Positions 12,601 to 26,000 of a stretch of DNA of 64,000 nt are shown piece by piece. Source of the DNA: Tubiluchus corallicola (taxonomy: Eukaryota > Animalia > Priapulida); the NCBI GenBank assembly GCA_030141605.1, contig JAQGDQ010000114.1, forward strand, positions 372,001-436,000. The letters are read 5' to 3'. A program made the translations under genes and the position numbers. Positions within the stretch are counted from its first letter, which is position 1. Each line of letters starts with the position of its first letter. The notes under the pieces are model-generated. The model made no database searches, was not told the origin of the DNA, and saw only the letters and a list, made by a program, of their open reading frames with translations.

Positions 12601-14037
12601 CTATAAACCTCGTTAAGCTTGTCTTTCTTTATTTTAGACGACTACACTTAAAGAGTTTTCTCAAGTGCACCTATTTCTTCTCTGCACTCTTTTTCCCTTT
12701 TTTAGCTTTTCTCCTTTCCTTGCTTTTTCATCTCTCCTACTTCTTCCCTTTCATACTGTCTTTTTTGTTTTACTTTTACTCTGTATTCCTTTTAAAATTT
12801 TTAATTTTATTTTTCTCCATTTTTGATAAAACGAGAAGCATTATTTGCAATCTGCAATATCCATATGCATTTCTAAATTTTTACTATGATTATGTTTATA
12901 TTAAGTTGTGGAAAAGTAAACTGTTACCCTATTTAGCATTCGCCTTTATATTGGCAAGTTAGTAATTTATCTGCACATAACTGGCCATCTGACTGCTCCA
13001 GTAACACACTTGTACTGATATTAACTATTAATTTATATCTTACAAAACACTCTCTGGTTGTGTTTAATTTAAGGAGTTTTTATTCCCTCAGTGTATGACA
13101 TTTTCAGTTTTATCCCCTGGGCATTTATATCCACTTATATTGAATAGGCTTTCGATGCACTTTAAAATTTTCTACCTTGAACAATTAACATATTTAAAGT
13201 AACAGCTATTTTTTGTACAAGTTATCAACTTACATTCTGCTGTCAATTACAAAGTTAGAAATTAAAAAACTCAAAAAAATCTGCTAAAAGTCTAATTTAA
13301 AATGGCTTCATTATGTTAATGTTCGCGTTTTCTGCTGTTAGATGTAGTCCAACGTGCAAGGAAATGAAGTTATAATACTTGCTTTGCATATTTACATTCA
13401 GCTGTCCATGAAAGATAATTTGGCTTCATCACAAAAATTATTTTTATAGGTACTAAAGTTTGCCAAACTGCTGAGTGTTTTGTTTATTGGAGAGATGATC
13501 GTTTGAAGGTGACATGGGGTCTTAATTTTACATCTCCTATCGATGCTGCTCATTTTAGGGATACTTGCTCAGTAAGTCCACTTTAAAGTAGTGAGTAGCA
13601 AATAGACATTGCTATCGATATAATCATCTTTGCGTATGTATACGTTCTACTTGTATCTATTTGGAATGAGCTAGTTGTTTAAAATAACTGAATTTCTAAG
13701 CATGACTGTAGTAGCACTTGTGTAATATTTGAATTTACAATTCTTTAAATTGTTAACACTTGGCCAGGGTGATATCATGTTAAGGCACTTTGCAAAAAAC
13801 AAATTAAAAGCATTTCTGCAAGCAAATGCTCCAGTTGTCTTGCGTAGTCATAAAACCTTACCAATGTCTGATCTGAAAGAGTTTGAAGAGTAAATGATCT
13901 GTTGCTATATAATTAATTCAGCTTGGCTAAGTTTGTTTTTTAGTTTTGTTTTATTTTTAATTTTGCAGACAACAATACAGAGATTTGCGAGGCGGGCCTC
14001 ATCTGCAACATCACTGAAGATGGAACCTCCTAGCAAA
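6677..14037 (+). CDS. sif: sif exons 1-4: acylation-type N-terminus and EVH1/WH1 domain
   Basis: MGNKFSCAC (Gly2, Cys7, Cys9); LWAEVFRV...[36 protein letters not shown]...AECFVYWRD...[19 protein letters not shown]; [14 protein letters not shown]. Confidence 0.9.
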
Positions 14038-17000
14038 GTACCTAAGTTTTTTCTTACTATACTATATCTAAATTACATTTTACTATATTTACATGATGTT
14101 TCAACTATTGTTATATAACCATAAGGGTGCGCACAAAAAAGATAGTATAAAGGCATATGCAGTCGATGAACAGCAATATTTTTATTAACACGTCATTGAT
14201 TTAGGTAAAGGTTGTTCAAATAAATATTTTCCTATTGTTTGGTTTGCCAATTGATTTTTTTCTTCATTTCTTCATTTTTGTGTTTGCTATTATTGAGTGT
14301 TTTCTGCAAAAGGGAGACTACTAATTTTCATAAGCCATGTTTTTGTACATAGCGTTTAAGAAAACCAGAAAAATTTGGAACATCATCTACCCCAAACTCT
14401 CCATCACATTGTGGTATGCATCATGGTGTCTATGACAACTGGGTATCTGAGAACACACCTCACATTGAAGTAACAACACCTACAACTGCTAGTAATTCAC
14501 CGATTAGATCAGCTACGATGGGTAACTTGAACAGTGCAACAAAATCAGCAGGTACGTTTAAAACTATATTAAGTTTTTTGCTTCTAATAGATTTTTTACT
14601 GTTATCCATGTTCTTTGTTCCATCACTTCGAACAAGTGCACACTTTTGTGCGTAATGGAAATGGAAAAGTATTAATTCTTAAATCCACACTGTGGCTAAA
14701 ACAAAATACCCTTTGAGAGATACCCTTGAGTAAGTCCTATGTACTTACCTTGCAAATGCATTTTATCCAAAGCATTCTCAAATCAATGAAACAATGGCAT
14801 TATGCATGGACTGATAAACTCATAAAAAGAACAGAAACTTGTACAACTGAATCGTGGTTTAATGACCTAAGCCAAAACTTACCCATTCTTCTTGAAACCA
14901 TTTTATAGGAAAATGTTTCATGGATTAAATTTTTTCTAAGGAATTACTTTCAACTCATAATAATCAAACTAGGTTTATCACTAGAGCATGTTATAGATAG
15001 TTTGTAATGTGCCATTTGAACAAGGGCATGATTTAATTTCTTTTCACTTTTTTGGCAGTTCCTGAAATAGCAAAGGTGAAATCTGCCACTCTTCCATGCC
15101 ACCTACAATCTTTCTCAAATGAAAGTATGCAACAGCATCATAGATCATCTTATGAAACAATGGCTGCAGGCAAATTGCCATTATGCGGTACATTTGCACC
15201 ACACCCTTGCATTAAGCCAACACAAGGAATGAGTCAATCAACTCGACCAATAACGATGCAACAAAGGCCAGCAAGTGCCATGGGAGGCGCGCAGAGGATA
15301 ACACCATTATCACTGAATCAGCCCTGGCAGTCGGCATCCAATCTAAGTCAAATGCAGCGGTCGGTCTCTGCACTAGGACATGAGAAATGTATTGCAATTA
15401 ATCAGTCCTTGCGCCGTGGAACATCATTAGACCAATCCAATATACAAAACTCAGCAAAACCAACTAGACCTTCATCTGCAATGAGTTATCCTATATCCAT
15501 AGTAAAACAACCAGGTAAATTTTAAGTGCTTTTCTCCAGCAAATTATTACACTGATGTAAAATTCCTTTTATTTGAACTTATACCAGAAAAAGATCGATA
15601 TTTTCTTGACAACTGTTTTATAATAAAAACACATTTTCTTGACAACTTTTTTATAGTAAAAACAATCCTAACAGCTATTTTCTCATTCCTGTTATATAGC
15701 AAATTGCAGTAGAAAGAATTTACTATAGTCATGTTAGTACCTGTTGGACATTAATATACATATTAAATTCACAGTTTTGCTAACTATAACTGTGAGTTAG
15801 TACAGAAACTGCATATATCTAGGAAACGATAAGTTAAACTAGTACTTGTTCATGCCTATTAAATTTTATTTTTTTTAGCATAGTTTAGTAGCTCATGTGT
15901 TGGCTATTATAAAGTGTACTTATCTAGGTTAAGGTTATTTAATTTTCATCTTTGGTAGATTACATGTTTTGTCAAAGATAGAACCTATATGCTAAGATGT
16001 GCAAGCAACAGTTCCATATTCAGTTATACTGTTTATGTTGTTTTTTCAGAACTGAGACAGGCTCAAAGTGAAGAAACTGTATTTAAACCCACTAGCCATC
16101 CAGAAATAACTAAACCTCCAAGAACAATGTATCGACCAGGTCCATTACTCCTTGGTTCTGTAGGCCATGATTCGTCTACTGATGAGAAAATTTTAGAACA
16201 GCAGGATTCAATTGTTGTTAACGGCACAACTCTACACTTGCCTGCTTCGCCATTTGATGTCGACAGCTTCACTTTGCAAAAGATGCTAAAATCACTTCCA
16301 CCATCTCCTGCAACAACGTCTCACAATGCTTCTCCAGAAAATCAGTTAAACTTTCCGGAATCTAATCCATCTTTACTGCAAGAAGTTATTAAAGCCGCTA
16401 ATGAAATTGCAGAGAGAGTTGGTAGGGCTTGTAATGATGATAGGAAATTATCAAATGAATTGAAATCTAGTCAAAGTATGCAAAAAACAAATGTGCCCGT
16501 TAATGTACCGTATAGTGAACTTGATACAAAAGTTTGTAAAACTACTAGTGATGCATTTGATGCTAGCAGCATGTTGATGGAATACGAGGCTCAACTACGG
16601 GATATTCTAGCAAGTGGACTTGATCAGTTTGAAGATAATGACAAACTGAGCCCAACCGAGCTTTTATCATCATTTCATTTGTCAGACAGTATTGACTTTA
16701 GTGATCTCGGTAGTACGCAATCAGTGAATGAACCTCAAGTAACAAGAGAAAGACCCGCATCCGAGAGCAGCGGTAGAGTTGCTACTTACTCGGAAGTGAG
16801 CACTAGGGTCACGAGGACTCCTAGTGAGTGCAGCAGTTGTTCGACGGGTAATTCCAGTGACAAACGGCGGACAATGTTGACAGTGGAGGGGGAAGCAAGT
16901 TATCAGGTATGTGTATTCGTTTTTTTAAGTACTGTCTTAAAACTGCTTATTTTGCATTATGGTTTGCTAGGTTGCATTAGTCTCATCTTTTATAGAAAAA

Positions 17001-20000
17001 TATGTGAAACTATTGACACAAGTTAACGATATAAACATTAGGTTGCATTTGTCATATGGCTAACCTTGCAAGAGGAAGAAGCAAACCACTGGGACCATGC
17101 TCACAACCAGAACTCAGTTATTATTGAAAAATAATTTCAAAATGGTAGCCCAGCGATTGCAAGCCCATTAAATTTGTGCATCTATGTTTGAGAGAAAAAA
17201 ATGGGTTTATTACAGCATTATATACATTTTCAGTCTTTGTAAATATATCTTTGTCAATTTTGTCTTCCACAAACATTGCAGTAACACCCAAATTAAAAAT
17301 TTACAGACAATTATTGGTGACTTAATGTCAATAAACAATAAGTAAGAAAAAAATACTACCAAATGGTAGATTGGTATTTTGATAAATCTAAGAAATACAT
17401 TTTCAATTTCTTTTGCAAGGATTTATATGGTTACTTGAATACACAAAATAATTATTTGTTTTGACAAATATTTTCTGTTACTGTGCCACTTTTCATTTAT
17501 ATAGTTATTGTAACAGAAACAGTATTATGTAATTAATGATAGCATAATTTTTATGTCCATAAAATGTAAGAAATTGTAGAGCTAACAATAATTTGGCAAT
17601 TTACCTAAAAAGACACTTATAATTTTTTTCTGTAGACTTCTAATATAAATTTATGATATAATTATATGTAAGATACAGTTATTTTCATCTTTGTTTGTTA
17701 TAGTTATCAGATGAAGATGAAGACGATTCAATGTGTAGTGAAGACACTGCAGATGGTAATATTTGTCCTTTCTTGACTCGTTCTCCAGCAAGCCAAAGTG
17801 TGAAGTCTGGAGTTGTGCGAAAATCTGGGTGTGCCTAAATAGTAGTTTTTTTAAAATTTTATACTATTAATAGGATAATTACGCAAACTTTTGTACAAAG
17901 AATGAAGTTAATCATTTATTGCAACTTGTGTACCATAATTTGCTTTTTAACACACACTTTTTCATAGAACTTTTCAAATTCATTATTTGGCTACATATAT
18001 GTTTATCTGCTGCTTGATCATTTACAAATTCTGATTCCAGGTGGTTGTCTGTTAAAAATTGTTTAAAACCTAAAAAGCGTAAAGTTGAACTAGCACCCAA
18101 GCGTGGCTGGAAAAAATACTGGGTATGCCTTCGAGGATCACTCATTATGTTCTACGTCATCAACCATAGTGGTAGAGAGCCAATAACGGAGGACAGTGCT
18201 TCAAAACACGTACTTCCAATAGAAGATGGCCTTGCTCAACCTCTTCCTGAGCATCCTAGAAAGGAGAATATTTTTTGCGTGAGCAACAATCTTGGTGATA
18301 CTTTTCTCTTCCAGGTAGGGTATTTATTCATGGCATTATCTTCTTCCTGGCAGTGTATTTATTGATATTATCTGACTGAATTCCTGCAATAAGTTATAAG
18401 GCATATGAATCAAGTAGATTAGATATTTTACTGTGTGAACAGTTTACTTATGCTGCGTCAAAAATGTTCTTATTTGAGTTTTGTTAATTTTCATTAGAAA
18501 TCAGAACATAAACAAGCATCTGCATTTTTAAGTGAGTGCATCTTCATAGTTTGACATGACATGTTATTCAGCACTTTTCAGGATTGTCTGCTGCTAGTCT
18601 ACTACTAACGTTGAATAGTTGAAATGAGACCAAAACCTAAAATATTATAAGATAGATAGCCATAGGTAGTGTTGCAGACAAAATTGGCCAAAAGCAGTTT
18701 TCTCAGCTTGTGCCTGTTCATTTACTAACCAGAGAGTTTTGCTTTGCTACAGTCGCCAAACATGCACTGTGTGACCACTCAGCTATATCATTTGGTATTA
18801 TAAAACTTATTAAAGCTAGCTGATAAGTCAGTATTGATTGAGAATTACGTATAAAACCTTATATTTAGATAAAAGTTAATCAGTTTCTAAACAGGCTCTA
18901 ATAATTATAATGTATGCCTCTTGCTGCTTAATAAGCTGTTAAAATACAAACTTTAGTATTGCTAGTTTTTTTATAATCTACAAACATGATTGTACTTGAT
19001 CTTCTGAAAATTTCCTTACATCAATGTCAGAGTTTTTTGTGTGCAATCATGGTTGCGCATTCGTTTTTACAGAGGAAACTGCTTCATTGTGTCAGACATG
19101 ACTGATTGACGCATGTAGATCAATCATGTTGATAACTGTGAACCTCTTCTTATTTGTTGATTTTAGGCCAAATCAATGGCAGACCTCGAAAGCTGGATTA
19201 CGGCTATTCATACGGCATGCGCTTCAACATTTGCTAGAAATCAAGGAAAAGACAGCATATTGAGATTACTGAAAAATGAAATTGAATGCATGGAAAAAGA
19301 AATTGATACAGTAAGACATTTTCACACCTTTTTACAGGACTTTACTTCTTGTTTCTTCTCTGTTTCCCTTTCTTAATATTGTAATTTATGCAAATTTACT
19401 GGTCCAATTTGATTGGTCTAAGGCAATTGCCTTGCAAAAGGCTCCTGATTCAAATCCATGCTACATTCCAACTTTTTTCACATTTTTTTCTTTCAAGTTT
19501 GGTATCAACTTTAATTACTTGTGAGTTTGTACCATCCTTAATAATAATCTTGACATTATTTTATTTTTCTGTGAGTTTCATATTTAGCCTACATTTCAGT
19601 TTTATTTATTGTGTCACTGCAAATGCTAGTTTGTTTATATGTTCCAAACACTAGTTAAACAGTTATTAAAATTTAAAAAATGTATTTAGGATGTGAGAAT
19701 GAAAAAGATGGCTGAGTTACAGCTGACTGTTGTCGACGATCCTAGAAGTAAACTTGCAATACAAAAGCAAATACTGCAGTGGGAGGAGCATTTAGAAAAA
19801 CAGTTTGTTGATCAATACAGGCTTCGTTGTTACATGGCCTCATTACAGGGTCAGGAGTTGCCAAATCCAAAAGTAAAGTGATTACTAAAATCAATTTTGA
19901 ACTGAAAGTTAATAAATATTTTTCCTTTTCTTCATTTTATTGCATCATGTTCTGCTACTTTGTATGGAATACTTTTCTTATTTTTAATTAAGTGAACCAA

Positions 20001-23000
20001 GCAAACTGTTTGATGAACTTGTGTATTTTCAATATGTGAGGATACATCAAGATGCCAGTTGCTCAAAAACGGAAATTATTTCTATTTAGAACAACTGGCA
20101 ATAGCGACTAACATGTATTCGTCAGTCATGTTACCGGGACCTGTGATCACGTGATGACATTCTGCCTTATTTGTGTAATGCAACGGTTGTATAATTATGA
20201 AACAGCTGTTAAAATACATGTCCGAAATCTATACTAAACACAATTATAATTTAAGTTCATGAAATTAAATTCTTTTGTTTAAAAAAATGTAACAATTTCC
20301 TTTCACAAGTTTACAATCTTTTCAGCAAGAAACAAAGCCAGTCATTAACTTTCAGTTTAATTGTTTCTAAGATTTGGTGAAAATCAATGTGACAAATATG
20401 CCTAAAAATTCTGAAACTTTAAAATAAAGACAGAATCCGGATGAGGGAAGTAATCAACATCTATTACGAGTATATAAAATGGCAGGCACAAAAATTTTGT
20501 CTAGATTACCCTACATGTATAATGAGAAAGTGAGTGCTAAATAAATAAACACAAATACCTTTTTGCCAGAGATTTAAACAAAATTGCATTACTTTTTTTG
20601 TTTTATTATATTGCGGTTGCTTTCTAATGCTTGTTTACATATACATGATTGCATGCAGACGCCAGTTGCTAATCATTATTGCTTTGGTTTGTCGTCAGAA
20701 CACTGGTTGCTAATTGCCTTGGTGTATCATAGGCTTTAGACACCCTGCAGTGCTACAGTTAATTTGAGATACAGAATGATATCACCAGAGGGTAATAATT
20801 GTGTCTTTAATAAGTCCTATTCTAAGATGAATCATTTTCAAAAATGTTTTTCAGGTATGTTATATATGATAGACCAAGCAACTAATGAATAATTGAGTTT
20901 TGTTCTACTCATTAAATTTTATAATAATTTCAAGTTTTTTGTTTTTTCACGTGGTTTTTACATTTCTTACTTATCAGAGCGTGATTCTGATTATTGCAGT
21001 ATACTTCATTTGGTGCTTTTAATTAATGTCATAGAACAGAAGGTAATGATTCCATAGAGCAAATTCTGAAATCTACTGAAGTTTTAAATATTTGTGCATT
21101 CTTTATTTGAATGTAATATTATTGTGAAGAATATCTGGGGGGCAAATTGATAGATATGTCACCTTTTTTTCACTCTCACTATAAGGGCATCTGAACCCAC
21201 CAAAACAGTAGGACTTGAAACACACTTTAAAATATACTTGATATTGCTTTAAATATTTCCATTGCTGTCAATGGAAATCATTTCAATGGAAAAGTTTTAT
21301 GAAGAAATTATCCTCTTTCTAAATTTTTCTTGTGAAGAAATTTTTGATATTTATATATATTTCAGAATCTACTTAGCTGTGTTTCTCGTCAGACCAAGAA
21401 TGCCTTAAACAAATTAGGGATATTTTCTGCGTCAGCTGTGCATGCTCATGTGTGTGCACGTTCGTCATCGACCATGACAACAAGATCAAAAAGAAGAAAT
21501 GAAATGCAAAGTAAAGCAATATCACCAAAGGGAACACCAAGGTAAAGTTTACATATCTATTTTGTTTTGCCAATTTCTAGAAAATACTTGGTTTCTGATA
21601 CTGATTTAATGTTTGCGTGCAAGGTTAAAACTATAAAATATTGATTTATGAATGTGTTCACAGGCTTCATGTTAACTGTAAAACAATTACTTTACTTCCT
21701 GGAAGATGGTTTTTTGGAATTAGGTTCTTTTGTCTTTTGTCTTTTTTGAATTCCATACTGCTATTTTCTGAGTTTGTAGGAACTTTGTAATTTTTCCATG
21801 AAAAAAATGTCTGAACGAAGATTGTTTAAACTTAATAAGGTAATATTTTAGTGCTGCTTCTAAATCTTTTACGATATTTATACTACAGACATCTAAATCC
21901 AGACCTAGTCTTTATGCTAGGTTGTTATATATATTCTGTATACTATGCTGTAACGAATTTGAATATACAATGCAAAACATGAAAGGAGCCTGCTGTCTAC
22001 TTGGCAAAAGGACTGCATTTAAACCGAGATACTTCAAATTCATTTCACTGAAGTTAAAAATGTGCATTTTCTGTCATGTTTTTTTGGAGTAGCTTTTATG
22101 ATGTCTAAAGCATAGACTGTTTGTGCAGCACCAGGACTTTTTGTCCAGATCCTGGTCTACCCACTGTAAATGGTGGTTGAAATCGTGTCTGGTTTCCTTC
22201 ATGTGTCCAGTTTCCGGCATCCAGTGACCTGGGTATTTGTTTCCATAATTTTCAAGCAGCTGATATTGTCAAAAATTGCTCGCCGAAATTTTGTCTTTTA
22301 TGTTGAGTTTAAAGCAACATTGTAAGTAAGAAATATTTGAAGGTGCTATTAGTTAAAAATAACTGACCTAATTACAAATTTGTGTTTAGTATGTTGGGTA
22401 ACACATACATTGCCATTAAACATTAAGTATTTGACAGTTGCACTACATTTTGCACTTTTACTTTAAAAGTACTTGGTAATTGACTTACCTTTCTGCACTG
22501 TATTATGCATTATGCAGTTAAGAATGTCAATGCTTCTGCATTATTAATAACTCTGTGATTTGTATTCTACAGTAAGTTGTCAGTACACTGTATAGATCAC
22601 AGTAGTCAAAACGGCAAAGTGTTAACTGAAAGCAATATTGATGAACAGCTTGTGATAACACCAGATGGCACGCTGAAGCTGGGTGAAACGCTGCTCAGAG
22701 TCAGCATGCCGGGAAATCAGGTATATTATCGATTTTTTACTGAAAAAAACTGTTTTCTGAAATTATGTGGTTCATAATTGATAAACGGTTTTTGAAAATA
22801 GGTTTATTAAGTTTCATTTTACTCAGTATGCTAGTTGCTATTCCTCAGTTTTCTGTCTTTTTTTGAAAGCGAGAGTTTATTTATTAAACTTTGTAAGTTT
22901 AAATGTCTCAAACATGTATTAATTTTTAGAGCATAACTTTGAATTTAAAAGAGGGAATGAGAGTGAATGATGTACTCCATGCCTGCTGCATTCAAAGGCA

Positions 23001-26000
23001 CATGCATCCAGATGATTACTATGTGAAGTTAAGAAGACCAGATGCACCTGATTTATTTTTTGTGCCTGATAGGACTGCAGTGTTGGAAAAACTGGTAAGA
23101 AAACAACGATGTGATTGCACTGCTTTGTGCCAGTAATGCATTTAATGTGTTTTATATTGATGCTGTCATTCTGTTACATATTAACAATTCTTGCAGGCTG
23201 CTTTCTTGTTTCTCAGGTATACGATGCAGTGGAAATTGTCGAAAAAATTAAGTACCAAGTTGAGTTAATTCGAATCACCAAAAGCCAGTCATTTGGCTTT
23301 ACAGTCGAAGCTGAACTAAGTGAAAGCCCTGGACACGAACACGAACTTCGAGTATTTGTGAAATCAACACAGCCTGGAGAACTTGCCCATAATAAAGGTT
23401 AGTAATACTAGTAATCTGTATGTAATGCAATCATTGCAAACAGTTTAGAGTCAGGCAGCTGGGATCTTAAGGCTGGAGACAGGTTCAAGTAATGTGGACA
23501 AAATTGAATGGATTTTAATATTTGACTAGTGTCTCCTTTAGTATCTTGAATTTGTGTAGCAGCATTCCAGTCCCGATAATGCATTTACATCATCATATTA
23601 AGTGTGCCACACTGGTGCACAAAAACAGTAATAAAGCCTGTGCCTTCTGTTCAGGGGACCTAATATTTTTGTGGATTTTGCTAATGGTTATGGATATTGG
23701 ATCTAACCAGGAATAAGTATAGCTGTAATTGATTATTGTGTTGCATTTCTGATCAGCTGTTGCTAGTTTTTGCATTTTGTTTCTGTAATAATATTCCTAT
23801 ATTGTTGTTTCCAAATACTTTTTGTAAAAGCATAATCAAAAGCTACATGTAAAGAATCACACCAGCACAGTTCTTAGTTAGTAAACTGATTCATTCTTAT
23901 GTCATGTGGTGTAATGCAGGTATGACACCTGGCGATGAAATTCTCACAATGAATAGCCAAGCAGTCAAAGATCTTGACATGCTGTATGTGGAGAGTTTAA
24001 TAGATCAAAGTTTGTCACTATGTTTGACGTTCCGAGGTTACCAAACACGAGGCCATCATTTGATTTCTGGAGAACACCAGAAACATAGTACACCAGTAAC
24101 TGCCAATACTGACTCTTACATCAACAAAATGATGATTCCTGCACCTCCCCAGCAGTCCTCACTTTCAGATGAGGATATCGGTGATCTTATTGTGCCAGCA
24201 CCAGGTAAGTAAGTTGTTACTTGTCTAAGATTTTGAAGTCTTTGTCTTTCTCAATCAGTAAAAAGCCTTCACCAAGCCAAAAAGGTATTGCCCAGGCCCA
24301 AAAGGTATGGAGTGGAAAAGTTGCACCATTCTGTGCAGAATTTTTGGGCCACATTTTAGGCGGTCTTTTATTTTCAGAAATGTCTGTCTGATTTAGAAAT
24401 ATTAGGTAAAACAGGGTTGAAAAAGGAAGGAAGAAAGAGAAAAAGAAGGTAGCTAGTAAGGAGAGAGAGAGAGAGAGAGAGAGAGTGAGAGAGAGAGAGA
24501 GAGAGAGAAATGACGAAAAATAAAATGGAAGCAATATTGGTATCTTTGGAGTTCTTGGGTTCCTGGGGATTGGGTTTTCCCACGAAATTATCAGCATTCT
24601 TCTAATGTCATTGTTATCATTTTAGTTGCTGAGATTTTTTTATTTTTTTGTAAATTTCCATGTAGTGATTTGATGTCAGATATAAACTAACATAACTGCT
24701 TATGTTTCTGCTTTATAAATATTCAGATCAAAATGGGACAGAGAAACGTAACGAGAAACATGGCATCTCACCAGATCCAGTTAATAAATTACTTCAAGTA
24801 AGGAAAACTTGTTTTAGCAATATTTAATGTCCCATAGATGTATCGTTTTAAGTACCGTAAAAAGATGAATTGATGAATATGCTTTGATAACAAAATTTCA
24901 AAATCTGACTGAATGAAAATCAAGGTTTTTTATATAATGCTATTATCAAAATGCTTTGCTTCTATTATTAATTATTCATGATCTTTTCTACATATTTTCA
25001 GCAATTCTTATCCTAAGTGCGATTTCACATTATTATACATAAACTGAATAGTCAGCATGGCAGTAGATCAAATGGGAACACTCGAGCTTTTTTGTTCTGT
25101 TTGCTCTGACTTTGAATATTTTTGACTCATGTTAACTGTTAATTATAATGATTAAGTAAATTAGTCAGCCCTAAATGTAAAGTGAACATTGTAATTTAAA
25201 ATGTTACATAAGTATGTAGACTTGTCTTTCTAATTTCGCACAAACCTAAATTCAAAATTGTGTTGTGTTATTATCTGTGTTCTGTTTTTTTCTCTATATT
25301 AACAGAGTGCTAATCAAGTAACACTGATGTGTGGTCTTGGTGATTCACCTAGCAGTAGGGCTCTTAACAGTCCATCATCACCAACAATGAGAACATTAAC
25401 GCATACAGAAAAACTTATTAAAGTTATTTCAGAGCTACTGGAAACAGAGCGAGCATATGTAAAGGTACAAACGAGACTTCTTGTATGTGATTAGATTTTG
25501 TAATGGAAACGAGCTATTATGCAACAAAACACTGCTCAAGATGCCCAAGACTAAGACTTTAGTATGCTCTCGTAAAAGTAATATAAAGCATAAAAAGGTC
25601 CTAAAACTACAACTGTTAATTTTCTTTTAAAAATTTTTGGTTATGACATTGTGTTTCTAAATTCCTTTTGTACATTTTTTTACATTATTGTTTTTATTAA
25701 CGTAAGTGTTTACAACTATAGTTTTAACATTTGATTTACAGTGAAGTGGTGCTCATAGTTACTGCACCTCAAGCCTTCTTTCTTCTTTGCTCTTATTTTT
25801 AGCTGCACTGATTATTAGGACTAAAACATGTATCAAATGAAGCTGTAATCAGGAAAAATTATGCTACAAATCATTCTGTACATGTTAAGATATTCACGCT
25901 ATCTAATTCCAAGGACTAATTGGCACATGATTGTTAACTGGTGCTAAAGCATTCTTTGTGTCATTTTAGATTTCTGACTTGTATATTCTATTTTCTAGGA

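Noticed and set aside
12411-12962. 183-aa hydrophobic ORF
   Set aside because: T-rich low-complexity intron sequence giving an F/L-rich translation; non-ATG start.
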